Assembly: GCF_009914755.1 (NCBI RefSeq)
Contig: NC_060941.1
Source: the human T2T-CHM13v2.0 reference genome, Homo sapiens
DNA: 64,000 nt
Reading direction: 5' to 3' (one strand)
The notes under the pieces are model-generated. The model saw only the letters and a list, made by a program, of their open reading frames with translations. It made no database searches and had not been told where the DNA came from. This document shows positions 43,395 to 57,153 of the stretch, one piece after another. The stretch's first letter is position 1. Each line of letters starts with the position of its first letter. A program made the position numbers and the translations under genes.

Positions 43395-43905
43395 ATGATA
43401 AATTACATTCATGGCCTCAATTCTCCTCTCTTTGAATATCTGACTCTAGCCATGTGACTTTGAAGTTTTCCCATTAAAGAAGTGGACTGCGTTTTCCTAA
43501 AACTTGACTTTAAGTTTGTCTGTGGAATTGCTTTGACCAAGAGAATATTAGTAAATGTTAAATGACAAAAGACTTAAAATGTTTGCTCACTTATATGTCT
43601 TCTATCATGATGAGAAGAACATGACCAGGCTAGCCCAGGAGAAAGATGGAGCACATATGGAGCAGAGCTGCCCCAGCCAACCTGCTCTTGAGACCCCAGC
43701 TTAGAGCATCCAACTCCCAGCTAACACCCAGAAGCATGAGTGACTCCATTTAAGGTCAATAAAACCATCTAGCCGAGTCCAGTGAGATAAGCCAGCCCTT
43801 GGTTGATCACAGATGCATGAGCTAAATAAATGCTTATTGTTGTATGCCACTATCTGGGTTTTTGTTTGTTGTGCAGCATTACTGTGGATGTGGTTAATGT
43901 ATACA
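43395..43905 (+). mobile_element. MLT1 (G/H-type) MaLR LTR
   Basis: GCCATGTGACTTTG, TTGCTTTGACCAA and GAGCTAAATAAATGCTTATTGTTGTATGCCACT. Confidence 0.75.
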
Positions 43906-44229
43906 CCCTCCTATATCTTTCTCTTTGGCAGCTACAGAGGGGGTTCCTCTGAGCACAGTTTAAAAAAATCCATATCTGTAAATTCTCAGTCATAACATTA
44001 GTTTTTAAACAGATTTAGTTGTCAAGAAAGACTTTGAAAAGTAGCGGTATCAAAACATCATATTGTACTCCATAAATGTGTATGATTATTGTCAATTAAA
44101 ACCAAAATAAAACTTTCTTAAAAAATAATGGGAATATAAAACACCCGGCAAAAGCCTCAAAACTAACATTTTGGTTAGATAATTTTTATGTGTTTCTCTA
44201 AATTTTCAAGGTAACTTAAAGTTATACAT

Positions 44230-44720
44230 TACTTCTTGTATCCTTTGTAACAACCCTGCAAGGTAGATCAAGTATTACTACCTCATTAACTGAGCACCTT
44301 CCATGTGCTCAGCACTGTTATGAATGCTTTGCATATATTAACATGTTTATTTTCGCAGCTATCCTATGGGATAGAACACATTGATTATTTCCTCATTTAT
44401 GGATGCCAAAACTCATTTGAGCTTTATACCAATTCTATTATTTGAGTAAGTAAAATATTATTATGCTCTTTTACTTTCTTATTATGCTCTTTACTAAGAG
44501 CATAATAATATTTTTATTATACTATATTAATAATAATATTTTATTAACAGCATAATTTTACTTTGTAGGATCTTTACATGTATTATCTTATTTAATTTTC
44601 ACATTGATCAAAGAACTAGGGATTCTACATAAATAGCCCTATTTTACAGATGAGAAAACAGAGTCAAACATGTTAAATATCTTGCCCAAGTTCACACAGC
44701 TGTTACAGCCATGCTGAAAA
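44230..44720 (-). mobile_element. MIR fragments separated by an AT-rich quasi-palindrome
   Basis: TTTCCTCATTTATGGATG and CCTATTTTACAGATGAGAAAACAGAG...CTTGCCCAAGTTCACACAGC. Confidence 0.7.
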
Positions 44721-44946
44721 GTCTATAGCTCAAAGACTGTATACAACTTGGCCCTAGGTCGACCAATTACCATGCCAGGGAGCCAAGGCTAGTGTAGTCT
44801 TTCTGTTAGTCAATTTTATCCTCAATGCTCTGCTCAGAGGGAGCATCTACTGTGATCTTACGTAATGCTGGATCTGAGTTGCTTCCTTTGCAACACCAAC
44901 AAAAATAAATTCCAAAGTCAATTATTTAGTTCAAAAAGGTGCTATA

Positions 44947-45449
44947 AAGTCATTATGTGAAAAAGATACTTGTAACACACATGTTTATAGCAGTACAATT
45001 CGCAATTGCAAAAATGTGGAACCAGCCCAAACGCCCGTCAATCAACAAATGGTTAAAGAAACCGTGGTATGTATATATGATGGAATACTACTCAGCCATA
45101 AAAAGGAGTGAATTAATGGCATTCACAGCAACCTGGATGGGATTGGAGACTATTATTCTAAGTGAAGTAACTAAGGAATGGAAAACCAAATATCATTTGT
45201 TATCACTCATAAGTGGGGGCTAAGCTATGAGGATGCAAAGGCATACGAATGATACAATGGACTTTGGGGACTCGGGGGAAAGGATGGGAAGGGGGCGAGG
45301 GATAAAAGACTACAAATTGGGTTCAGTGTATGCTGCTTGGCTGATGGATGCACCAAAATCTTACAAATCACCCCTAAAGAACTTACTTATGTAACCAAAT
45401 ACCACCTGTTCCCCAAAAACCTATGGAAATAAAATTTTTTTAAAAAAAT
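44947..45449 (+). mobile_element. 5'-truncated L1PB1
   Basis: GCTAAGCTATGAGGATGCAAAGGCATA and GGGATAAAAGACTACAAATTGGG 3' UTR; ORF2 C-terminus ...MMEYYSAIKRSE... Confidence 0.9.
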
Positions 45450-45702
45450 ACACATGAACACAAAACGTATCATAATAATCATATTAAGTATACAATACAA
45501 TGGCATTTAGTAGGTTCACAATGTTATGTAACCAACCCCACTGTCTAGTTCCAGACCATTTTCGTAACCACAGGAGGAAACTGTATCTATTAAGCAGGTA
45601 CCTTCCACTTCCCCCTGCCGCTCAGACCCTGTCACCACAAATCCATTTTCTTTCTCTATAGATCTGCCTCTTCCGAATATTTCATTAAAATGGGTTAATA
45701 CC
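45450..45702 (-). mobile_element. L1MB-type 3' fragment (probable 3'-transduced passenger of the L1PB1)
   Basis: TTCACAATGTTATGTAACCAACCCCACTGTCTAGTTCCAGACCATTTTC; lies inside the L1PB1 TSD. Confidence 0.75.
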
Positions 45703-46949
45703 AAAAAAAAAGGTGTTATAGCTGACAATCTGTGCTGTGGGCCGGCTCTTTCTGCACCAGGTACTAAAAAACAGGAGGCTTCAAAATCCTATTCCATAGC
45801 AGTTTTCCAATTTCACAGTGGATCGAGGTGTCATCTCAGAAGGACATTAACAATACTTAAAAGCAATACTTAATAATGGGTGCATCCCAAATGTTCATTA
45901 TAGTTCACTGTGAACCACATTTTCCTCATAAATGTTCTGTTATTTAATTCCAAAATCAGAACACCAATAGTTTCTTCTATGTAATCCCACATTCAAACAT
46001 TATTTTTTTTCTTGCTTTTAGGACTAGTTATTAAGATTAAACATCCTAAATTTGCTATTTTTCTTTTTTCCTCTTCAAGCCCCCAAATTGTGTCTGTGAT
46101 GTAAACTAAGAGAATACTGCTGAAATATGACACTCAGGCTTCCTGATACATTGTTGGTTAGACCCGAAGGCCTATGTTAAGATTAACGGTCAGTTAGGAG
46201 TTTAAGAAATAATTTAGCTAGTAACCTTGATGCGAAGAAAGGCATGAATTAGGCAGCAAAGGTCTGAATTAAACAGAATGTCACAGAAACTGGAAGATAG
46301 AAATGTGGACAGCTTGCCTTAGGAATTATGGATGCAAAATTCATTGGTGCATTCTGATTAGTTAAAGATAATTGAGGGTGATAATTGACTACAGAGAGAT
46401 CTTTTTAAAAATGTATCAGCAAGTATGCATTTGGGGTGATTAGGTAAGAATCTAGATAATTACCATGCAACTTGTGAAACTCATAACAGCCTTGTAATTA
46501 TTCGTTAAACAAGATGTTATATGCTTAAAGAAGCAAAGTATTTTATTAGTTAGAACATGGCCTGTACTAAGTAGGTTTTAATACACTAGGGGTCAGACTC
46601 TGATGCTTGGGGAAATTACAAAAACATAATAATCCTTGTGAATGAATGAATGAATGAACACATGATCCTGGGTATGCCTAAATAAGAATTTGAATGAGAG
46701 CCAATATGGAATATCATGGATGATTCTTATGTAAGGAGGCTGTATCTTTAGCTTTGATTTTAGAAATGAGATAGAAGTGAGAAGTCCAAAGGTTCTCAAG
46801 CTTAAGTAGAATCTTTGCAACCTGTTTTCGAAGGCAAATCCAATATGAGAGGAAGACGTTGCCCAAAATGATCTAATGGATTTAGAACATGTGTATAGGG
46901 TGACTTGCCCAGGCGGGATGGAATCAAGGATGGATCTAAGAGTTCTTGG

Positions 46950-47160
46950 TGTAACAGAAGAGCAAAGATTTAGGAGTTGGACCAAGTTTGAGTCCTGGCT
47001 CTGTTTCTTACCAGTTGTGTGACCTTGGCAGGTTACTGGACTTCTCTGAGCTTCAGTTTCATGAACCAAAGAGTGTAATTATAATTGCCTGAGTCAGAAC
47101 AACTGAAATAATGTACATAAAATTGCAAACTGTGAGGGTGACTCTCCAAGTATTAATCCT
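46950..47160 (+). mobile_element. MIR
   Basis: GTTTGAGTCCTGGCTCTG...TGTGTGACCTTGGCAGGTTAC...CTCTGAGCTTCAGTTTC. Confidence 0.8.
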
Positions 47161-47414
47161 GTTCTTCATTTGCTTTTTCTCTTATTACTGGGGACTGTGT
47201 CTTAATCAGAATTGTATTTCCTTTTAAAATCAACTTCTGTCCTTGATCCTTAATAAAAGGTTCAATAAATGCTCATTTTTGAATGAAGAAGCCAATGAAA
47301 ACACTAAAAATGAGTTTGAAAGTGATCTCTAATGTGTGACTCAAGGCATCGGTAAAATTAGCTAGGAACACACTATGCAATTTAGAAAACCTGGTTGACT
47401 TTTATAAAATTACT

Positions 47415-48258
47415 TTTCATTGTGATTTTAAAAATACATAACATAAAATGTACCATTTTAACCATTTTTAAAGGTACAGTTCAGTGGCATTAAATACATT
47501 CACATTGTTGTGCAACCATTACCATCATTCATCTCTAGAACCTTTTTTCATCTTGAAAAATTGAAATTCTGTACTCATTAAGCAATAACTTCTCATTTCT
47601 GTCTTCACATTCAGACCCTGGAAATCTACTTTTTGTCTCTATGAATTTGTACTCTATACCTCGTATGAGTGGAAGAATGCAGTATTTGTCCCTTTGTGAC
47701 CAACTTATTTCACTTAACATATCTTCAAGATTAATATATGTTGTAGCATGTATCAGAATTTCCTTTCTTTTTAAGGCCAAATAATATTCTATGGCATGTG
47801 CATACCATATTTTGTTCATTCATCTAACTGTGGGCACTTGAGTTGCTTCCTTCCATCTTCAGTTATTGTGAATAATGCTACTATAAACATAAGCGTGCAA
47901 ATATTTCTTTGAGGGTTTTCTTTCAGTTCTTTTGGGTATGTAACCAAGAGTGGAATTACTGAATCATGTGGTGATTCTATGTTTAGTTTTTTTAAGGAAC
48001 CATCGTACTGTTTTTCCTAATGGTAGCACCATTTTGCATTCCCACCCACAGTTTGCAAGGCTTCCAATTTCTCTATATCCTTACCAACAATCGTTATTGT
48101 CTGTTTTTGCTTTTATGTATTTATTTTTTTATTTTTATTATAGCCATCCTAATGGGTGGGCAATGATATCTCATTGTGATTTTGGTTTGAATTTCCCTAA
48201 TAATTAGTAATGTTGAGCATCTTTGGATGTGGATATTGGCCATTTGCATATGTCTTTC
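47415..48258 (-). mobile_element. L1MB 3' end
   Basis: ACATAACATAAAATGTACCATTTTAACCATTTTTAAAGGTACAGTTCAGTGGCATTAAATACATTCACATTG. Confidence 0.85.
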
Positions 48259-48336
48259 AGGTTCACTTTTCAAACTTCAGCAATAGAAATTGCACCGTTT
48301 TTTTCTCTTTTCCGCACCTCTTCCTTTATCCCCCAG

Positions 48337-48587
48337 AGAAAGCAACATTCACCTGCTTTCAAGATTACTCCTAATATGTGGAATGTACTACCCAGAACTA
48401 CCAAAGAGTCTCTGTCTTTGTTATGCTGCGCCGACATGTGAAAGCTCATGCAGTTGGCTGCCAAGATGTTGGTACAAATACACAGTCAACTACAGCTCCA
48501 AATCTACATGGCTCTACCAAGCTATGTTGTACCATGAGCAGCTCCTTCAAAGGATCCTGATTCTATAACTCCCTCAAACTAATATCG
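48337..48587 (+). other. Candidate non-coding exon (251 nt)
   Basis: About 35-nt pyrimidine tract ending CCCCCAG|; donor TCG|GTATGC; stops in all three frames. Confidence 0.35.
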
Positions 48588-49843
48588 GTATGCAGACTTT
48601 CACATTTGCTTTCTATCTTTGTAGTTAAAACTCAATATTTTGGCCTAAGGTGATCTCTTTTTAGTGAAGCCCAGAAAAACATTTAATGAAGGATAGCACT
48701 CCCTTAGGTATGTGAATTTTTTTCCTCATGAGGACAATGTACAACTTAAAAAAAATACACTAAAACAATGCACTCAAAATGTAGCATATGAGAGATTTAA
48801 GCTCGATATGAGAAATGTCTTTCATCCAGCAAATGTTAAATACTAAAACAAGTTGTGGAGAATTGTTATAGACCATTTTCCTCAAAAAAGAGTAAGTCTC
48901 TTTAAAATTTATTAAATGTGGAATTTCTATTGCCCTTTAAACAATGGTCTGTAATAATTCTGACCCATGTTTGAGAATGTGTCCCTAATGTACAAAATAG
49001 AACCCTGCTAGACATTTGCTAACACGGAAAAGGGCATATAATTTTGTAAACAAAAATCCCATAACTCAAATTTAAATATGGCAATTATTTTAAATCTGGC
49101 TAAAAATAATTAAACTATGATACAAAATAATTTATAGTTTAGAAGTATTATGTTTTAGAAGTATTACGTCTGTAAAAATAAGCTCAGGAAAGACATCTGG
49201 TACTACTTTGTACACTTTTGACTCCAATTTCTCTGCTGTGAATCTATTTTGAGTGTCACGTTGTCTTCGTGAGCTTACTTTATGATCTTTTATTCCCAAG
49301 ATTTTATTAAAAGCATCCTCTTCCTCAGTGTTTTCTTACGTGGCATTCCCATAAACTTTTTCTTTTAAATTAAGTAGTCATTTATCATTGAGAATATATA
49401 TTCTCAATTGCATCTTGCCTTTATTGATTCAAAAAAGCATGTATCATTATTGGAATTTAACCTATCAAGTACGTTCAGCAAAGACATGCTAAAGTGGTTT
49501 AGTTCCTTTGATGTATAGCAAATCACTTTTATAGTAATCTAACAGTTGGTTCTTCAAATGTTTAGCTAAATTTCTCTGTGTGTGCCAAAAGAACCTTTTG
49601 ACAAAAAAAAAAAAAAAGAAAAGCTTTCTATGTATTATCTTAGCTGTTTTTAACACTGTTGGGAACAACACAGTTGTTCCCATGGAATATGGCTGTTTAG
49701 TCATTTGCTAGTAAATGGGGCCTCTAAACATTCATTATCAAGTTCAGTGAGATTTTGTACAATTTACTGTGCATTGTATGACTTTAGAAATGGTGAGAAA
49801 ATTGTAGGTTTGTTTTCTTGTTCCAGATGCTTTTCACTCTGTC

Positions 49844-49846
<3 letters not shown>

Positions 49847-49879
<33 letters not shown>
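49847..49879. repeat. (TG)n microsatellite
   Basis: Direct reading. Confidence 0.95.
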
Positions 49880-49882
<3 letters not shown>

Positions 49883-49892
49883 CACACAGATG

Positions 49893-50668
<776 letters not shown>

Positions 50669-50859
50669 TATATATGTATCAGTACACACATACATACATA
50701 CATGCATATTCAGATACATGCTATTATTTAGCTATGTCACATGCCTACATAACCATAGTGAGAGGTTTATTGTTAATGATAGTAGATGGGAACCCATGTT
50801 ACAACTAGTCTTGATAATTTTAGATGATCTAAACCATTAGATCATCAGTGCTTTTGCCC

Positions 50860-51090
50860 TTCTTAGAATAATGATAAAAGCTGTTTTTTTAAAGCATTAA
50901 CTATACACTATGGGCTTTGCTCATTTAATTTGCCCAACAAACCATTGCTGTAAGGATGAGAACTTCATATTACATTCTTATGTGACAAGGGGAAACTGGT
51001 ACACAGTGAAATTACGTAACTTGCCCAAAGTCACTTTAACATATTGCAGTGTCAGGAATGCGAGGCCAGGCAGTTTGGCTTCAGAATTGC
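50860..51090 (-). mobile_element. MIR
   Basis: GGAAACTGG...GTAACTTGCCCAAAGTCAC. Confidence 0.7.
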
Positions 51091-51726
51091 ATTCTTATCC
51101 CATGCTGTCCTGTTTTGGCTCTGTTTTTTGTTGTTGTTGTTTTTCTTTTCTTGTGTTTGCATTAGCAATGCATTTTCAAGCCATGGTTTCTTTGCATGGA
51201 TTGTATGAGCTACTAGTCCATTTTGTGAAGATTAGTTTAGTTAAAACTAGATAAGAGAATTCATAACTAGAAGCAAGTAAATTGTGATAAATTGCAATAA
51301 GATAAAAGAAAACATGAGGATAAGGTTGCCACGGTCAGCCTTCTTCCAGTTCTGCAGAACACTTCCCCTTTCTGTAGGAAACCTCACTTTTTCTAGCTGA
51401 GCACAGCCCTTTCTGATTCAAGAAATCACTGCGTATGCCTGTCTACACTAATGCTAAGACTTAGTAAAATGTAGTTTCCTTATTTTTAGGTTAAAAATAA
51501 ATACAAATAGAAGTTCTAATATGTTCTTTCTATACCCACAATGAATTGTCTTGGAAATCTGGAGTATAAGTAGCCCACTTGGGAGACCACTGCAATACTG
51601 TAAGATGAAAATTTAATTGAGACTAGAGAACAGATAATCATTTAGCCCTGGGCTGAATTTTTAGGGAAGAGACAAAATAAAAAAGAATAAAAGAGGTCAA
51701 CTAAGATTAACATTTTAAAATCTCCA

Positions 51727-51740
51727 GTTGCCATAGAAAC
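51727..51740. promoter_or_regulatory. RFX X-box-like motif
   Basis: GTTGCCATAGAAAC matches the RFX palindrome GTTGCCATGGCAAC at 12 of 14 positions, in unique sequence. Confidence 0.4.
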
Positions 51741-53124
51741 AGAAAATGCAGGCAAGCAGTTTAGCTACCCAAGACTTTTGAAGGATAAAGTGTCACTAAA
51801 TGTCAAAAACTATTATCAGGCTTAACTGGAATTGGCTTTTGAGCCTCAGCCTGTGGTTATACAACACTCATCCTTCAAATACCCTTTCTGCAAGTGGTGG
51901 CTGACATTTGAACCTGTGAGAAATTCAGCCTCCTCTGTCCTGGAAAAACTCAAAGGCTCAGTAACTTTTTGAAGGAGCCACTCTTTGCTGGTAGTGAAAG
52001 ACTTATGCATAGAATGACATAAGGCCAAATTGTTTATTTAAAAGCTCACTGTTAACCTCTACATTTTTCCACTAGTGAGCCCCGTCTGCTTTTTGGATAT
52101 GGAAATAGCAGATAATTTTATTGACCCAAACATTCACTCTCATCTTATATTAACAGCTGAGAGAGTTGAGGAGCGTTCAGAGACTTACAGTGTCTCGGTG
52201 TAATGAATGTCTTATGTTACTGGGTCTGAGCCAATATACCCACTACCTTATAATTTTTTTCTCTGATTACTTTGCTTCAGGCCCTTTGTATGCTACTAAC
52301 AACTACTAGATTTCACTGTCTGCTCCAATGTGATGTTTCAAAAATTTCTGGAGGCCACTCTGGCTTACTCTTTCAAGTAAATCTCTACTTTCATAATTTA
52401 TAACTGTCTGTAGAACTTCTGGTCTTACTGATGACCCACTGCACTGCTGTCTTACCAGGGAATCGGGTGCTAACAACCATCTAGAGACTAGTTGGAGAGA
52501 AGTTCAATGATGTTTGGACACCCTCTTAGGGTAGCCCTTGGTAAGTCCAGGTGACTTTCCCACTCCATTCCATTGCAACTTTCATTCCTAATTAACTCCA
52601 TTTGGAATTGTGAAACCTCTTTTTTCTTATTCTTCTTTTTCTTCTTCTCTGTTATTCATGGACATCTGCTGCATAATCAGCTGATAGAACTGAGCCCTGT
52701 GAGGTGTTTGTTTTTATTTTGTTTTGTTATTTTATTTTGTTTTGTATTTTTTTCATAGTCAAGTACTGGACTATCAGTATCAGGAGAGTCATGGAAATGT
52801 AATAGGGATTGGGAGAAAGCCTAAAATCACAAGGTAATAAGATTAATTTCAATTATTTACATATAAATCATCAGCTTTGATCCTCTGTAAGAATAGTCCA
52901 TAAACTCTGGAGCAAATGAATGATACACTACATTTTAAAGAGAGTTTGGTTTATACACATATTTTATGGACCACGTCTAATATTTAACTAGGTGAGAGCC
53001 TGAATATTGTACATTACCTGTGTCAACAAATAACTGCAAAGAGTCTGCAATGAATATCTTAATTGGGTAAAGACTCAAGTGCCTGGAGCATAACCAACAC
53101 CATGCTAAAAGAAGCGAAGTCTCA

Positions 53125-53545
<421 letters not shown>

Positions 53546-53549
53546 TTAA

Positions 53550-54235
53550 CAATAATAATAATAATAATAGCACAATGACTATTAGTAATCACATAAACTG
53601 ATCATTAAACAATTTAAATGCATTCTTATTTAACTCTCCTGACAATCTTATGAAGTTGATGCCATTACGTCCCCATTTTAAAGATGAGAAGAGGAATTAG
53701 ATCATTCACTGCAAGGTAGCACAGCTGGAAACCATCAGAGGAGTTTTAAACTAAGGCCACTGGCTCCAAAGCCTAAGATCTTTGCTACTCTGCTCTACTG
53801 CCTCTTATTCTCAACTGGCCTCTGATGGGAAACCAGAAAGGCATAGTTGCCCTCTGCTAATGGGAAAACTGAGCTTAAAGGGGCAAATACTAATTCGTTC
53901 CAAATCACCACAATTTGTGGAAAGCCTGGGTTAATATGCAATTAGAAAAAGCCAATGTCTAAAGGACAAGAATTTTCTGTATGGTTCTTACAACCTAAAA
54001 ATGGTAACTAATATCTTTTTAGGACTAATTATGTGTCAGGCACTATATATTAAGTGCCTTAACCTCAAACTCTCTTAATATTCTCAACAACCTAATGAAG
54101 TAGGTCCTATTATTAAACTCATTCCACAGACAAGAAAACTGAGGCACAGGGAGAGGAAGTAACTTGCCCAAGATCACACTGCTAGCAAGTAAGGGGACTT
54201 TGTTCCAGAGTCTGTGTGCCACTGTACCCAACTCT
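53550..54235 (-). mobile_element. Two MIR copies (~53550-53800 and ~54010-54235)
   Basis: CCCCATTTTAAAGATGAG; GAAAACTGAGGCACAG...AAGTAACTTGCCCAAGATCACAC. Confidence 0.75.
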
Positions 54236-54240
54236 CTTAC

Positions 54241-54374
54241 CTTTCCACTTGTACCTTAATCACTGAGTACCAAACCTCCTGGTGAAACTTCAGGGCTTCA
54301 AAGTCCCTTATCTTCGAATGATACAGACCAAATAAATAATGCATGAGATCAGCTAATAAGAGATCATGGAAATA
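54241..54374 (-). other. Candidate exon (134 nt)
   Basis: Branch point TACTAAT (54409-54403), tract TTTGTCTTCAATTTTGTCTGCTACTCAG|, donor AAG|GTAAGA. Confidence 0.45.
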
Positions 54375-56067
54375 CTGAGTAGCAGACAAAATTGAAGACA
54401 AAATTAGTAATTTTATCATGAGAATATGACCTAATCTGGAGCTACATATGGTTCAGATTGAATTCCAAATTCATGGAAATTTGACAAATTTTTCTTTTCT
54501 TTTTCTTCCTTTTTTTTCTTTCATTGTGCAGTCTATGTTGGCAAGACAAATATTACTCACTTTGTGTGTATCTGTTTGATACTATTCCCTCTCTTTTGTT
54601 CTTTCATGCCAAATTTATAATAGAACACTGCAGGTACTCAGGCAATTTTTGAAATAATTTCAAGTAGAATTCTGAAGTGAGCATGGAAAAGACCACTGTA
54701 TGTACATCCTGATGAACAGGGAAGAGACCACCATATGTTCATCCTGATGCAAAAAAAAATTTACTATTTTAACAACATTGGATCATCTAAGCTGGAAACA
54801 CTGGGTGGCTGAGACTATGCAATAGACTTGGCTGATGTAACAATAACAAGCCAGGTCACAACAGCTCCATGCTTTCCAACCTTCTGGGATGACTCATTTT
54901 GTCCATATGGTTATCTAACTGACCCAGCACCATTTAATGAAATGGCTACCTTTCCCCCTCTTCACTGCAGTGCTGCCTTGTCATAAATCAGGAAGCATAC
55001 ATGAGTTGGTCTATATCAATGCCATTCTGTATCATTAGTCATTTTGTCTATTTGTGTGCCAATATGACATTGTCTTAATTACTGTGGTTTTATAATAGGC
55101 CTTTTGAGTGTTTATTTTCTTTACTTTTATAGCTTTGTTCAAATGGCCAAGATCTCTGTTTCAACATTGAACATAAATAGTAATAGTCTTTGCCTCATTT
55201 TTGTTGTTGGGGAAAATTTTCCATATTTTACCATTAAATATGAGGGGTTTTCTTTTTGTAGATGTGCTTATCAGTTTAAACAAGCTTTCTGCTATTCATG
55301 ATTTTATAAGTTTTTAAAACCATAAACAGGTGTTAAATTTTGTCACATTTTTTCTGCATTCATTAAGATGATTGCATGATTTTCTACTGTGTTGTAAATT
55401 ACATTAAGTTTTTGTAAGTAAATTACTTTAAGTTTTGAATATTACTGTTAAGTAAATCACATTAAGTTTTGAATATTAATACACTCTTGGCTACATGAAA
55501 TAAGCCTTGTTTAAATGGTGTATTACTCATTTTACATATTACCGAATTCACTTTTCCAATTTTTAAAAAAAATTTTGCCTCTAAGTTTATGAGTAAGATT
55601 AGTCTGTAGTATTTCTTTTTAAAATTTTCTTTTCAGGGTATGGAATCAAGTTTTGTCCCAAGCTCTCAGAAAGGAGTTAGGAAGTACTTCCTTTATTCCC
55701 CTTAGTTTCTAAAAAAAGTTTGTATAAGATTGGTCTATTTTATTCATAAATGTATGTATGAATTCACTAGTGAATCATTCCAGATCTGGGTCATTCTCAT
55801 AGGAAGGTCTTATAATTACATATTTAATTCAGATTTTTAAATTTCTTCCTTTGTCAGGTTTCATAGGTTGTGATTTTTTTTTAATTTTTAAATTTTACTT
55901 TACTGGAAATTTCACTGGCATAAAGTCATTCACAATTATCCTGTTATTATTTTTAAAAGATCTGTTGCATCTGTAGTGATGTCCCTTTTCACATTACTGA
56001 TATTGGTAGCTCATGTTTTGTATTTTCCATGTGATCTTTATGGTTTTAACCTACTTTTGCCTAGGAG

Positions 56068-56165
56068 TGTGTCTCTGTGTGTGTGTGTGTGTGTGCGTGT
56101 GTGTGTCAGAGATAAAGAGAGAGAGAGACAGAGAGACAGAGACAGAAAGAGGGAGAGAGTAAAAG
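56068..56165. repeat. (TG)n/(GA)n compound microsatellite
   Basis: Direct reading. Confidence 0.9.
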
Positions 56166-56760
56166 AACGGTACCCTGCTTTGGGTTTACTGAATTTATAA
56201 GTCTGCAATTTATTCCTTTTCATCAGTCCAAAAAATATTTGCATTATTTCTTTGAATACTTCACTGGTCCATTTCTACCCTTTCCTGGAAATCCAAATAC
56301 AATATGTTACAATTGAATGTCTCCCATATGAATTTTCTTCTCTTTTGTTGTTGTTGTTTCTATGCTTTACCCCCTCCATTCTTCAGCTTGAATGTTTTTC
56401 TATTGGTTTGTCTTTGAGTTCACTAATCTTTTTTGTTTTGCATTGCCTAGATTGTTCTAATGGATTCCTTGTTTCAGATAATTGCATTTTTCATTTCTAG
56501 GAGGTATATTTGATGCTTATAGCTTCAAGTTGTTTATTACATTATGCATCTTTTCATTCATTTCTTTATTTTAACCATCCTTTCCTCTGTTTTACCATAG
56601 CTATAATTGTTATTTTAATATTTTTATTTACAAATTTCACTATCTGGATAAACTGAGGTTCTACTTCTCTTGCTTAATTTTTCTTTTGACTATGAGGTAA
56701 ATTATCTTGTTTCTTGGTTTTTTAAATTTAAATTTTATGACAGATTTTAAAAATCTATAA

Positions 56761-57153
<393 letters not shown>

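Noticed and set aside
46593-47069. Longest ORF in the track (158 aa)
   Set aside because: Runs through MIR/L2-derived sequence; no recognisable domain
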